A stretch of DNA of 64,000 nucleotides, taken from a virus. Under the pieces are notes generated by a model. That model was given only the letters and a program-made list of their open reading frames with translations, was not told the DNA's origin and ran no database searches. The stretch lies in the IMG/VR virus record IMGVR_UViG_3300013901_000001, one strand, 5' to 3'. Position numbers and translations under genes: made by a program. Of the stretch, positions 1 through 9,328 are shown one piece after another; position 1 is the first letter of the stretch; every line of letters starts with the position of its first letter.

Positions 1-1
1 G

Positions 2-490
2 GAGAACAGAATTACTTCTATTCACTGGAAGAATCCTATTGAATATCACGATGAAGATATTTCTCTTTACACGGAAGATGAATGGAAGAATTACATGAAA
101 GAAAATCAGCCTTGCTTGCTCGGAATTGGCTTTAGAAAAAGTTTTAAAGAAGCATTTGTTACTTTTTACAAGGACAGTACAGGTAAAAACGGAACTGATT
201 TTACAAGAGCATTGTGTATGGGAGATACCATTTTTCCTATTACGTTTTCTTCTGTAAGAATTGAAGATACTCTTGTTCCGACTAATGAAATGTGCACAAC
301 CTCTGTTATACAGACACAGAATGTTTTTAGCGGTTGGAAATGCGATATTTTGATTAGTTGCGTTGATATTGTTTTCCCACCTGAAACAATCTTATCTGTT
401 ATTAATACAACAGGAAAATATATTGGCATTGGATCGCAACGCAAGAACGGGATGGGAAGATACCACATTGAAAATGTAAAAATGGTTTAG
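2..490 (+). CDS. hypothetical protein, 5'-truncated by window edge, C-terminal glycine-rich loop
   Basis: Frame of listed ORF 95..490 stays open back to nt 2, so the gene starts upstream of the window. It ends ...YIGIGSQRKNGMGRYHIENVKMV. Confidence 0.5.
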   Translation, partial: ENRITSIHWKNPIEYHDEDISLYTEDEWKNYMKENQPCLLGIGFRKSFKEAFVTFYKDSTGKNGTDFTRALCMGDTIFPITFSSVRIEDTLVPTNEMCTTSVIQTQNVFSGWKCDILISCVDIVFPPETILSVINTTGKYIGIGSQRKNGMGRYHIENVKMV

Positions 491-504
491 AAAGGAGTTT
501 TTTG

Positions 505-732
505 ATGAGAGTTATAAGTCAGGACGGAACACTTGATATTCCATATGAAGGTCATATATTCGGTGCAAGCACGGAAGAAAATTGCATAATAGCGGTACAT
601 TTTAAAAACCCTAGCCCATGTATGGATTGGTATTCTACGCAAGAAAAAGCACTTAAGGCTCTTAAAATGTTGCGCGAAGCGCGTAAAAACGGATGCGTAG
701 TATTTCAGTTTTCAAAGGAAGATGAGGTGTGA
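505..732 (+). CDS. small hypothetical protein
   Basis: ORF track 502..732. First ATG at 505 with aaaggag upstream. Tightly packed in a same-strand operon. Confidence 0.45.
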   Translation: MRVISQDGTLDIPYEGHIFGASTEENCIIAVHFKNPSPCMDWYSTQEKALKALKMLREARKNGCVVFQFSKEDEV

Positions 733-734
733 AA

Positions 735-1091
735 ATGAAGATTATTGAGGGAAAAGAAAAAGAATACAAGGAATGGTACGACAAAAACAGCGATTCTTAT
801 AGCAGAGCGTGTTTTACATTCGCTGAAAGATGGGCGGGACTTTTGGAAGAAAAAATAGACAACTCTTCCGATTGTCCGATGAAGGTAATTGTCGATAACG
901 CAAAACAATTAAGTGATGAAGCAAACACAGAAAGAATCACGGGATTTATGTATGGTTGTTCTGTTAATATTCTATCAAGAGTGTGGAAATACGGTGATGA
1001 ATTAAGAATGTGGCACAATGGAAAATACAATTATCAGGGCGAAGGAACTGTAAACCCGGCTATTCTTACGGTTGGTGGCAAAGATGATTAA
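735..1091 (+). CDS. hypothetical protein
   Basis: ORF track 729..1091. ATG at 735. Abuts neighbouring genes. Confidence 0.5.
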   Translation: MKIIEGKEKEYKEWYDKNSDSYSRACFTFAERWAGLLEEKIDNSSDCPMKVIVDNAKQLSDEANTERITGFMYGCSVNILSRVWKYGDELRMWHNGKYNYQGEGTVNPAILTVGGKDD

Positions 1092-1788
1092 TCTGAAATG
1101 CTTATCTTCCGGAAGTAAAGGAAATTGCTATCTTCTGGAAGCTGATAACGGAGAAGTCCTTATCATTGATGCCGGAATACCAATCATGGATATTAAGCGT
1201 GGTCTGAACTGGAATGTGAGAAGTGTAGTCGGTGCGGTTATTACGCACCGGCACACAGACCATAGTAAAAGCATTGATGATTTACGGCACATGGGAATAA
1301 GAGTTGTTGCACCGTATGAATCCGGAAACGTAAAGTCCATGAGTTTTTCACTGGGAAGTTTTAGAATACAGGCTTTTGATGTTTCGCACAACGGCTGTTG
1401 GAATAACGGATTTCTGATTAAGACTTCGGACGGACAGAAAATCTTGTATATGACCGATTTGGAGTACTGCCCGTATTCTTTCCGGAAGCAGAGCGTAGAC
1501 CATATGCTTATCGAGTGCAATTACATGAAATCACTGGTTGACACGGACGCTCCGAATTACGTCCACAAGATTCGAGGTCACTGTGAACTGGAAACGACAA
1601 AAGGAATTGTCAAGGAGAATGCGACAGATAGCCTTGTAAACGTTATATTGTGCCATTTAGGACGTGATACTTGCGAAGAGGACAAAGTTATCGAAGAAGT
1701 GAAAAAGATCGTTCCTAGAGTCATTGTGGACGTTGCGAAAGGCGGCAAGGAATGGATTTTAAGAAAGGTCGGTGAGTGTCCGTTTTGA
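1084..1788 (+). CDS. MBL-fold metallo-hydrolase
   Basis: HxHxDH motif (ITHRHTDHS) after an N-terminal GSKGNCYLL strand. Typical position next to ssb in phage recombination/replication modules. Confidence 0.75.
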   Translation: MINLKCLSSGSKGNCYLLEADNGEVLIIDAGIPIMDIKRGLNWNVRSVVGAVITHRHTDHSKSIDDLRHMGIRVVAPYESGNVKSMSFSLGSFRIQAFDVSHNGCWNNGFLIKTSDGQKILYMTDLEYCPYSFRKQSVDHMLIECNYMKSLVDTDAPNYVHKIRGHCELETTKGIVKENATDSLVNVILCHLGRDTCEEDKVIEEVKKIVPRVIVDVAKGGKEWILRKVGECPF

Positions 1789-1957
1789 GCGTTTGGATTT
1801 CTCTGATTGATGCAATATCAATGGTGTCTTGCAGTTTCTTGGTGGCATTTTGGTATTTGCAGTTTAAAAAGAACAATAAGTTAAAAGATTTGTTTTGGAT
1901 GATTATATTTTTGTCATTATTGATAAGAACAATTATTTGAAAGTGAGGTAAAACGCC

Positions 1958-2389
1958 ATGAACAAAGTAATTATATGCGGACGACTTGTCCGAGATCCGG
2001 AAGTGAGATATTCACAGGGAGAAAAGTCAACGGCTATCGCAAGGTACACGGTTGCGGTAGATCGGAAATTTAAGAAAGACGGAGAACAGAGCGCAGACTT
2101 CATTAGTTGCATTTCGTTTGGCAAGACCGCAGAATTTGCAGAAAAGTATCTCCGTAAGGGAATTAAGATGCTGATTGTCGGTCGCATTCAGACCGGAAGT
2201 TACACGAACAAGGACGGTCAGAAAGTCTACACGACAGACGTTGTTGTTGAGGAACAGGAGTTTTCAGAAAGTAAGAATTTTTCTCAATCTGCAAATCAGA
2301 ACACGCAAGCACCGCCCGTTGGGGAATCTACTGGCGATGAATTTATGAGCATTCCGGACGGAATCGACGAAGAACTACCATTTAACTAA
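1958..2389 (+). CDS. ssb: single-stranded DNA-binding protein
   Basis: N-terminal OB-fold pattern MNKVIICGRLVRDPEVRYSQ. Gly/Gln-rich linker and acidic tail ending DEELPFN. Confidence 0.9.
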   Translation: MNKVIICGRLVRDPEVRYSQGEKSTAIARYTVAVDRKFKKDGEQSADFISCISFGKTAEFAEKYLRKGIKMLIVGRIQTGSYTNKDGQKVYTTDVVVEEQEFSESKNFSQSANQNTQAPPVGESTGDEFMSIPDGIDEELPFN

Positions 2390-2401
2390 GGAGTGTGCGA
2401 T

Positions 2402-2788
2402 ATGAAGAAAAAGGAACTTGCATATACCATGCTTCAAGGTGGTGCATCCATTAATGAAGTGGCCGAAAAGACAGGATTCAGCAAAGTTTACGTTAGAGAA
2501 ATAAGAAGAAGCGCCATTCCCAAAATTACAATTTCGGATTATGAAGACAAAATTTGTTCCATGAGGGAAGACGGAAAATCATATGAAGAAATAGGCAGAG
2601 AAATCGGATATAGTTCATCGACAATCAAAAACTTCTTGCAGAAGGTTAGACAGGAAAGGAAGATCGTAGAAAACGCCGAGGAAGAAAGGGATCTTACATA
2701 CGCTTCCAATAAACCGCCAAGAAGCTATAGGGTTTCCTATCAGGGGAAACGGTATCTTTGTGAAAACGAGTTTTATATTCCGAGATAG
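2402..2788 (+). CDS. DNA-binding protein with two helix-turn-helix-like segments
   Basis: ASINEVAEKTGFSKVYVREI and SYEEIGREIGYSSSTIKNFL segments. ATG at 2402 inside listed ORF 2393..2788. Confidence 0.45.
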   Translation: MKKKELAYTMLQGGASINEVAEKTGFSKVYVREIRRSAIPKITISDYEDKICSMREDGKSYEEIGREIGYSSSTIKNFLQKVRQERKIVENAEEERDLTYASNKPPRSYRVSYQGKRYLCENEFYIPR

Positions 2789-3064
2789 GAGGGTGCTTCC
2801 GTGAATCAGATGAACATATTTGATTTAATTAGAAAACCTATACAGATTACAAAGCCGATTCGTCTCATAGAATTATTTGCCGGGTATGGAAGCCAATCAA
2901 TGGCATTGAAAAGAATTGGTGCAAACTTTGAGCATTATAGGGTTGTGGAATTTGATAAGTTTGCCATTGCAAGCTATAACGCAGTGCACGGAACAAATTT
3001 TCAAGCATTGGACATTACAAAAATTCATGCAAATGATTTGAACATCTGTGATACAGAATCATTC

Positions 3065-3087
3065 ACTTACTTACTTACTTACTTACT
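3065..3087 (+). repeat. tetranucleotide repeat (ACTT)x5.75 inside the C5-MTase gene
   Basis: Read directly as acttacttacttacttacttact. The reading frame changes from that of 2801.. to that of 3048.. across it. Loss of one unit would join the frames. Confidence 0.9.
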
Positions 3088-3560
3088 CGTTTCCTTGCAC
3101 AGATCTTTCCGTAGCTGGGAAACGAGCCGGAATGAGTAAAGAAAGTGGAACAAGATCTGGACTTCTGTGGGAAGTGGAAAGAATACTTACTGAAATCAAA
3201 GAAGAAAAAGAAGAACTTCCACAGATTTTATTTATGGAGAATGTACCACAAGTGCATAGTTCGGATAATATGCCGGATTTTAGAAAATGGATAGATTTTC
3301 TTGAAAGCCTTGGTTACAAAAATTATTATCAGGACCTTAACGCAAAAAATTATGGAGTGGCGCAAAACCGTGAACGATGTTTTATGTTTTCGTTTCTTGG
3401 AGAATATAATTACCATTTTCCACAGCCGTTTCCTCTTGAAAAGAAGTTAAAGGATTATTTGGAAGATAATGTTGATGAAAAGTATTACATCAATAATGAA
3501 AAATCCAAAAAGTTGATAAAGCAGCTTATTGACAACGGAACACTTCCTCAACACAATCTT

Positions 3561-3617
3561 GAGAGCAGAGCAGAGCAGAGCAGAGCAGAGCAGAGCAGAG
3601 CAGAGCAGAGCAGAGCA
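3561..3617 (+). repeat. pentanucleotide repeat (GAGCA)x11 inside the C5-MTase gene
   Basis: Read directly. Eleven full units span 3563-3617. The upstream frame ends 12 nt after the tract and the TRD-bearing frame continues. Gain of one unit would join them. Confidence 0.9.
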
Positions 3618-3906
3618 AACTTGCGTTGACGGAACAATCTGCAATCCACAAAGAAGAAAGATTGCGAACTGTATCATGGCAAGAGACTACGGAATCTCAA
3701 CACAGTCACAGACAGGAAACCTTGTTGTTAAAAGGAATGTCAAGTAATAAATACGATCCATATGCAGAAAAAGCAGATATTTCAAGAACCATATGCGCTA
3801 GGGATTATAAGGGCTTAAATAATTTTGGACAGAATGGAGTAATTGAATGGAAATCATAGGAAGTATATACACGGGAGTTTCAGACGGATATCAGCACGGA
3901 ATCTTA

Positions 3907-3916
3907 GGGGGGGGGG
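3907..3916 (+). repeat. G10 homopolymer inside the C5-MTase gene
   Basis: ttaggggggggggatt. G10 to G9 would join ...YQHGILGGG to ISRCVKAENHD. Confidence 0.9.
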
Positions 3917-4030
3917 ATTTCCCGTTGTGTCAAAGCTGAAAATCATGATTTAGGAGTAGTTATGGCAGATGTGAATGTTTTAGGTAGTCTTGAATCGAAA
4001 TTTGAGAGTACCAGTAGAATTTATGGAGTA

Positions 4031-4039
4031 GGGGGGGGG
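4031..4039 (+). repeat. G9 homopolymer inside the C5-MTase gene
   Basis: gtagggggggggtgag. G9 to G10 would join ...RIYGVGGG to VSPTLSTMQGG. Confidence 0.9.
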
Positions 4040-4601
4040 TGAGTCCTACGTTAAGCACAATGCAAGGTGGTAATCAAAAACCGAAAATACTTGAAGTAAA
4101 ACAGCTAGGATTTATGGAAAACGGAACTGGAAAACATCAGTCCAATACTGTATACGATGAAAACTCATTATCCCCTAGCATAACAACGGTTGAAAATGGT
4201 GGTACGCAACAGATTAAAATATGCGAAAGCCAAATAGTTGCCATGCGTGGAAGAAATCCAGATAATCCGTCCGACAGAACTGCAGGAAGTCCAACGGAAC
4301 AAAGACTTGAATTAAATAAACATGAAACAAGTAATTGCATTACAAGTGTTCAAAAAGACAATATGGTTATGGAAAATCCCACATATCGCATAAGAAAACT
4401 TACCCCGAGAGAATGCGGTAGACTTATGGATGTATCAGACGAAGATATTTCCAAAATGGAAAAGGTAAATAGCAACACGCAGCTATACAAACAGTTTGGA
4501 AATTCTATTGTAGTAGGTGTTATGTGCGAGATGTTTAAAAATTTAAACATAAATCAATAAGACCGGACAGTTCCGGTTTGCATAGTTTGGAGGAAAAGAA
4601 A

Positions 4602-5168
4602 ATGAAAGTAAAAAGAACAGTAACAATGAAAGTTAGCCATTTTGGGGTTGGAGACCAGATTACCGTAAAACTTCCAGAATACGGAAAGTTTACGGCTATG
4701 GCACATGAGATCACGGACAAAGGAACATTATTTATCTTCGATGATTGTGTTTGCGAAAGATGGATGAACAAAGAAAATACGAATGAAGGTGGATATTTGG
4801 AATCTGACCTTAGAAAGTTTGTAACACAGGAGTTGCTAAAGGCATTTCCAGATAAACTGCTTGTAAGGATGGTAAAGGACGATAACGGAGATCTACTTTC
4901 CATTCCGACTTACGGACAGGTTTTGGGTAAAGACTGGGACGATGAGTGGGATGAGAAAAACATTGAGATCGACAAGAGAGAACAATTGCCACTGATGCAG
5001 AAAAGAAAGAACCGGATTGCAGATTTACAAAACGAATGGACATGGTACTGGTTGCAAAATAAAGTCCGGTCGTCGTCTCACTTCGCTCGCGTCGATGGCG
5101 ATGGCCGTGCGGCCAACTACGGCGCGTCTGGCTCCGGCGGGGTTCGTCCGGCTTTCCTAATCAAGTAA
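4602..5168 (+). CDS. DGR target protein 1 (small protein with C-terminal variable C-type-lectin-like region)
   Basis: ATG at 4602 after ggaggaaaag. The C-terminus WYWLQNKVRSSSHFARVDGDGRAANYGASGSGGVRPAFLIK is encoded by VR1. Paralog of 11318..11887. Confidence 0.85.
   Translation: MKVKRTVTMKVSHFGVGDQITVKLPEYGKFTAMAHEITDKGTLFIFDDCVCERWMNKENTNEGGYLESDLRKFVTQELLKAFPDKLLVRMVKDDNGDLLSIPTYGQVLGKDWDDEWDEKNIEIDKREQLPLMQKRKNRIADLQNEWTWYWLQNKVRSSSHFARVDGDGRAANYGASGSGGVRPAFLIK
5064..5150 (+). repeat. DGR variable region VR1
   Basis: 87-nt hand alignment to TR 53002..53088. 19 differences, 18 at TR adenines. Confidence 0.85.
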
Positions 5169-5177
5169 TCATTAATC

Positions 5178-5196
5178 CGCGCCCCTTGTGGGCGTG
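5178..5196 (+). promoter_or_regulatory. GC-rich hairpin downstream of VR1 (DGR homing-associated stem-loop candidate)
   Basis: cgcgccc-cttgt-gggcgtg, 7 bp including one G-T pair. Identical copy after VR2 and a compensated copy after VR3. Confidence 0.6.
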
Positions 5197-5233
5197 GAAA
5201 TGGAAGTAAATTGAAGATTAATGGAGGTAAACC

Positions 5234-5542
5234 ATGAAATATTTAATTGAATTAGAGCCAATCAAAGGAACAAACCTTTATAAGGCGAAGGGATTTAACA
5301 CACTGGTTTTTGATGAATACGGATTGCAACAGCTTACACCGGTTGAAGAGTTTCATAGGATTCCGGTAGTCGGAGATACCATAAGAACAGAAAACGGAAC
5401 CACCCTTTATGAATTTAGAGGTTACGACGAAAACGGAAGAACCAATGCGGTAAATATAACAAATGGATCGTATGTGAATTTGAGAAGCGACCATATCATC
5501 GTTGTAGACGATAAAACTAATCCGGAAAAAATAGAGTGCTAA
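5234..5542 (+). CDS. hypothetical protein
   Basis: ORF track. ggaggtaaacc precedes the ATG. Confidence 0.55.
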   Translation: MKYLIELEPIKGTNLYKAKGFNTLVFDEYGLQQLTPVEEFHRIPVVGDTIRTENGTTLYEFRGYDENGRTNAVNITNGSYVNLRSDHIIVVDDKTNPEKIEC

Positions 5543-5558
5543 AGGAGAACGATGCAGA

Positions 5559-6143
5559 TTGAGTTATCAAGATATAAGAAAGCAAAAGGCGATAGAGCAG
5601 AAGAACCGGAAACGCCTGTTGGAAGTTAACGGGAGCCTTGATGATAGTAGCGGAATTTACTTTTTGACACGCACGGACGAAAACGGCATTAAATACGCCT
5701 ACATCGGACAGGCAAAGCACATTCTCACAAGGCTTGCACAGCACCTTGTCGGTTATCAGCATATCGACCTCTCGTTGAAGTCTCATGGTTTGTATTCTGT
5801 TGATAATATTTACGGTTGGAAGATTGGGTTTCTGCATTTTCCGTTAGAAAAACTGGACGAAAAAGAACAATATTACATAAGGCAGTATGCAGTGAATGGT
5901 TATCAGCTTCGGAACAAAACCGGTGGCGGTCAAGGAAAAGGGAAAGAGAAGATTGACGAATATCGACCGGCGAAAAGCTATTATGACGGCTTAAAACAGG
6001 GCAGAAAGAACCTTGCGAGGGAATTGTCCTGTATCATTGAAAAACACCTTGTTATTTCTTTGAAAGCGGAGAAACAGGGAAATAAGGTTTCACAGAAGCA
6101 GTACGAAAAGTTTATGGATTTGCTAAAGGTTGGTGATGAATGA
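5559..6143 (+). CDS. GIY-YIG domain nuclease
   Basis: SGIYFLTRTDENGIKYAYIGQAKHILTRLAQH (GIY ... YIG) followed by YYIRQY..GYQLRN. Confidence 0.7.
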   Translation: MSYQDIRKQKAIEQKNRKRLLEVNGSLDDSSGIYFLTRTDENGIKYAYIGQAKHILTRLAQHLVGYQHIDLSLKSHGLYSVDNIYGWKIGFLHFPLEKLDEKEQYYIRQYAVNGYQLRNKTGGGQGKGKEKIDEYRPAKSYYDGLKQGRKNLARELSCIIEKHLVISLKAEKQGNKVSQKQYEKFMDLLKVGDE

Positions 6144-6318
6144 CATGGAAGAGATCAAAGACGAAAGAGAGTATTGCGAATGGGAAGAGGTTTATACACC
6201 GAAAACACTTCCGTTTTTCAATACTTCATGTGGAAAAATTAGATTAAATTATTCCACAGGTTATGATATTTACTGCAATGCTTGCGGAAAGAAAATCAAG
6301 TTGATTAAGAAAAAATAA
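6130..6318 (+). CDS. small zinc-ribbon-like protein
   Basis: Cys pairs (YCEWE...NTSCGK...YCNACGKK). Overlaps the upstream stop. Confidence 0.4.
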   Translation: MVMNDMEEIKDEREYCEWEEVYTPKTLPFFNTSCGKIRLNYSTGYDIYCNACGKKIKLIKKK

Positions 6319-6370
6319 AGAAAGGAATAAGGTTGTGCGCACATAAAACCATGGTTTCCTTTCAAGAGAA

Positions 6371-7747
6371 ATGGATTACGAAGAGTTTTTAAAGAATAAA
6401 AGATTTGTTTTAGAAAGTAGTGGATTCGATATTGATAAATCCCAATTAAATCCGATGCTATACGACTTTCAGAAAGACATAGTTCGGTGGGCATTGAAGA
6501 AAGGAAAAGCCTGTATATTTGCAGATTGCGGACTTGGGAAAACACCTATGCAGTTATCGTGGGCGCATCAAGTTCACATGCATACTGGTGGGGATGTTCT
6601 TATTCTTACACCATTAGCTGTTGCCGAACAGACAAAGCGAGAGGCTGAAAAATTCGGATATGATGCAAAAGTAGTTGATAAACAGGATGATTGCATCAAC
6701 GGAATAAATATAACGAACTATGAAAAGCTGGACAGGTTTGCTGCGAATCATTTTTCCGGAATTGTTCTTGATGAGAGCAGTATTTTGAAATCTTACAGTG
6801 GAAAAGTAAGAACTGCCATTATTCAGAATTTCCATGAAGTTCCTTACAAATTAGCTTGCACAGCTACTCCAGCACCAAACGATTATATGGAATTGGGGAA
6901 TCATTCGGAATTTTGTGGAGTGATGACAAGACCAGAAATGCTATCAATGTTCTTTGTGCATGATGGTGGAGAAACATCGAAATGGAGATTGAAAGGTCAT
7001 GCAGAGGATGTGTTCTGGCAGTGGCTATCTACATTTAGCGTATTTGTTGATAATCCGAACAATATCGGATACGAGATTGATGGATATAATCTACCAGAAC
7101 TTAAAATAAAAGAAATAATTGTGGATGGGGATACGACAACAACAGAGAACTTGACATTAACAGAACGGAGACAAGCGAGAAAGGATAGCTTGCAAAAAAG
7201 ATGCGAATGTGCATCAGAACTTGTAAATAATTCTAATGAGCAATGGCTTGTATGGTGTGACTTGAATGATGAAAGCCATAAGCTGCATGAATTAATCGAA
7301 GAAAGCGTTGAAGTTGAGGGAAGTGATAAAGAACAACACAAGTCTTCAGCCATGCTTGATTTTAGCAATGGGAATATAAAGTGTCTTGTTACAAAACCTA
7401 AAATTGCCGGATTTGGGATGAATTGGCAGAACTGTCATAACATGATTTTTACCGGACTTTCGGATAGTTATGAGCAGTATTATCAGGCTCTCCGCAGATG
7501 TTGGAGATTTGGCCAGAGTGAACAGGTGAATGTTTATATTATCATTTCATCAAAAGAAGGATGCGTGAAAGAAAACATTGAAAGAAAGCAGAAAGACTTT
7601 GCAAAAATGCAGAAAGAAATGACAGAACTCACAAAGGAAATAACAAAAAAAGAACTAAGGAGTACGTGTAGGATTTCCACACCATATGAACCGCAAATAC
7701 ATCTAACTTTACCGATGTGGGATGAATTTAAGAAAGGAAATGAATAG
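6371..7747 (+). CDS. SNF2/DEAD-like superfamily 2 helicase
   Basis: Walker A ADCGLGKT, motif II LDESS, C-terminal helicase lobe (KPKIAGFGMNWQNCHNMIF...RCWRFGQ). Confidence 0.8.
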   Translation: MDYEEFLKNKRFVLESSGFDIDKSQLNPMLYDFQKDIVRWALKKGKACIFADCGLGKTPMQLSWAHQVHMHTGGDVLILTPLAVAEQTKREAEKFGYDAKVVDKQDDCINGINITNYEKLDRFAANHFSGIVLDESSILKSYSGKVRTAIIQNFHEVPYKLACTATPAPNDYMELGNHSEFCGVMTRPEMLSMFFVHDGGETSKWRLKGHAEDVFWQWLSTFSVFVDNPNNIGYEIDGYNLPELKIKEIIVDGDTTTTENLTLTERRQARKDSLQKRCECASELVNNSNEQWLVWCDLNDESHKLHELIEESVEVEGSDKEQHKSSAMLDFSNGNIKCLVTKPKIAGFGMNWQNCHNMIFTGLSDSYEQYYQALRRCWRFGQSEQVNVYIIISSKEGCVKENIERKQKDFAKMQKEMTELTKEITKKELRSTCRISTPYEPQIHLTLPMWDEFKKGNE

Positions 7748-8675
7748 AATGGACGTTTTAGCACAGACAATAGAAAAGAATTATGCAATTTACAATGGAG
7801 ATAGTTGCGAACTGATTAAGGCAATTCCGAATAATAGCATTCATTACACTATTTTTAGTCCACCATTTGCAAGCCTATATACTTACTCCAACAGTGATAG
7901 GGATATGGGAAACAGCAAGGGAGATGATGAATTTTACGAACACTTTAAATTCCTAGCAACAGAACTTTATAGGGTAACGATGCCTGGACGATTGCTTTCG
8001 TTTCACTGCATGGATTTACCACTAATGAAAGAAAGGGATGGCGTGATCGGATTAAAAGATTTCCCGGCACTTGTAAGACAGATTTTTGAAGATTGCGGTT
8101 TTATTTATCATAGTAAGGTGACGATTTGGAAAAATCCGGTCACAGAAATGCAGAGAACTAAGGCACATGGGCTTCTTCACAAGCAAATAAGGAAAGACAG
8201 TACAATGAACAGGCAAGGAATCCCAGATTACATTGTTACGATGCGGAAACCGGGCGAGAATCCAGAGAGAGTATCGCATACACATGAAACATTTCCTGTT
8301 GATGTGTGGCAGAATTACGCAAGTCCTGTATGGATGGATATTCGGCAGTCTGATACATTGCAAAAGAAGTCTGCAAGGGAAAACAAGGATGAGCGTCATA
8401 TCTGTCCGTTACAATTAGAAGTAATTCAAAGATGCATTGAATTATGGACGAATAAAAATGACATAGTTTTAGATCCGTTTGCCGGAATTGGCAGCAGCCC
8501 ATACGTTGCTGTTACGATGGGGAGACGTGGCATAGGATTTGAACTTAAAGAAAGCTACTATAAACAGGCTGTTGCAAACCTTGAAGCAGCAGTAAGTTTT
8601 AATAAGATGGATTGCCCGGTAGGTCAAATGTCAATTGAGGATTTTTTAGGGGAGAATGTCTTGCAGTGCAGTTAA
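7722..8675 (+). CDS. N6-adenine/N4-cytosine DNA methyltransferase (beta class)
   Basis: Catalytic SPPF (IFSPPFAS) lies upstream of the AdoMet motif VLDPFAGIGSS. The start may instead be the ATG at 7749. Confidence 0.85.
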   Translation: MNLRKEMNRMDVLAQTIEKNYAIYNGDSCELIKAIPNNSIHYTIFSPPFASLYTYSNSDRDMGNSKGDDEFYEHFKFLATELYRVTMPGRLLSFHCMDLPLMKERDGVIGLKDFPALVRQIFEDCGFIYHSKVTIWKNPVTEMQRTKAHGLLHKQIRKDSTMNRQGIPDYIVTMRKPGENPERVSHTHETFPVDVWQNYASPVWMDIRQSDTLQKKSARENKDERHICPLQLEVIQRCIELWTNKNDIVLDPFAGIGSSPYVAVTMGRRGIGFELKESYYKQAVANLEAAVSFNKMDCPVGQMSIEDFLGENVLQCS

Positions 8676-8745
8676 CCATATTCGATTATGAATAAAAATA
8701 TTCTGATTGGAATAAAAAAATTCATGGAACTTGAAAGGAGTAAAA

Positions 8746-9309
8746 ATGCCAAAACATTATGATGATCCACAGGAAATTGCAAGAATGATGTTGGAATTGA
8801 AGCGTTTACGGCAGACGGCGCAGAGAAGTCCGTTTACAGGATTGCTTACCATTTTCTGCTATGTCTTGTGGAAAGATTACAAATACAGTCAGACGAAACT
8901 TGCGAAATTCTGCGAGGACTTTTCAAAGTACGATGCAGAATATGACGGACAGAATATTTCCAAACTTGATAACGGGTTATGGGATTATGCCGATTGGAAA
9001 GTGGAATTTACGCCGTATACTGAAAAGGATTATCCGTTTTACAAGTCCCCTATGGCACAGAAAGTAGTACGGGAACAGGTGAAAGCCAACAACGAAATTA
9101 ATGAGAAAGCGACGAGGTATTTAACCTACGGATTTACGGTTTTGATGAATGACGGAACGAAGAAACAGAAGTTGACAAACATCAAAGATAAAATCCAGAA
9201 GCGCATTGATGAAGTGACCGCCGATGAAAGAGACAAGTGCATCATGGATTTGTGGAAAGAGTTGGTTGACGAAGCCGGAATTTACATTGAGAAACCGGTG
9301 ATCGATTAA
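8746..9309 (+). CDS. hypothetical protein
   Basis: ATG at 8746 after gaaaggag, inside listed ORF 8731..9309. Confidence 0.55.
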   Translation: MPKHYDDPQEIARMMLELKRLRQTAQRSPFTGLLTIFCYVLWKDYKYSQTKLAKFCEDFSKYDAEYDGQNISKLDNGLWDYADWKVEFTPYTEKDYPFYKSPMAQKVVREQVKANNEINEKATRYLTYGFTVLMNDGTKKQKLTNIKDKIQKRIDEVTADERDKCIMDLWKELVDEAGIYIEKPVID

Positions 9310-9328
9310 AGGAAAGGAGTTGTTATGA

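Larger units (their letters stand above)
2801..4560 (+). pseudogene. multispecific DNA (cytosine-5) methyltransferase, split by six frameshifts (phase-OFF or decayed)
   Basis: 2801..3139 carries motif I (ELFAGYGS). 3048..3629 carries motifs IV (SFPCTDLSVAG), VI (FMENVPQV) and VIII (AQNRERCF). Fragments 3529..3747, 3626..3859, 3847..3939 and 3917..4042 carry TRD-like cores (IANCIMARDYG, ISRTICARDYKG, ISRCVKAENHD). 4039..4560 carries SPTLSTMQGG, SPSITTVENGG and SNCITSVQKDN, then motif IX (RKLTPRECGRLMD) and motif X (YKQFGNSIVV). Confidence 0.85.

Noticed and set aside
3561-3617. (GAGCA)11 read as a genuine RAEQS protein repeat.
   Set aside because: The unit is 5 nt, so tract-length changes shift the frame. 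The frame carrying motifs IV-VIII terminates 12 nt after the tract, while the TRD-bearing frame continues.
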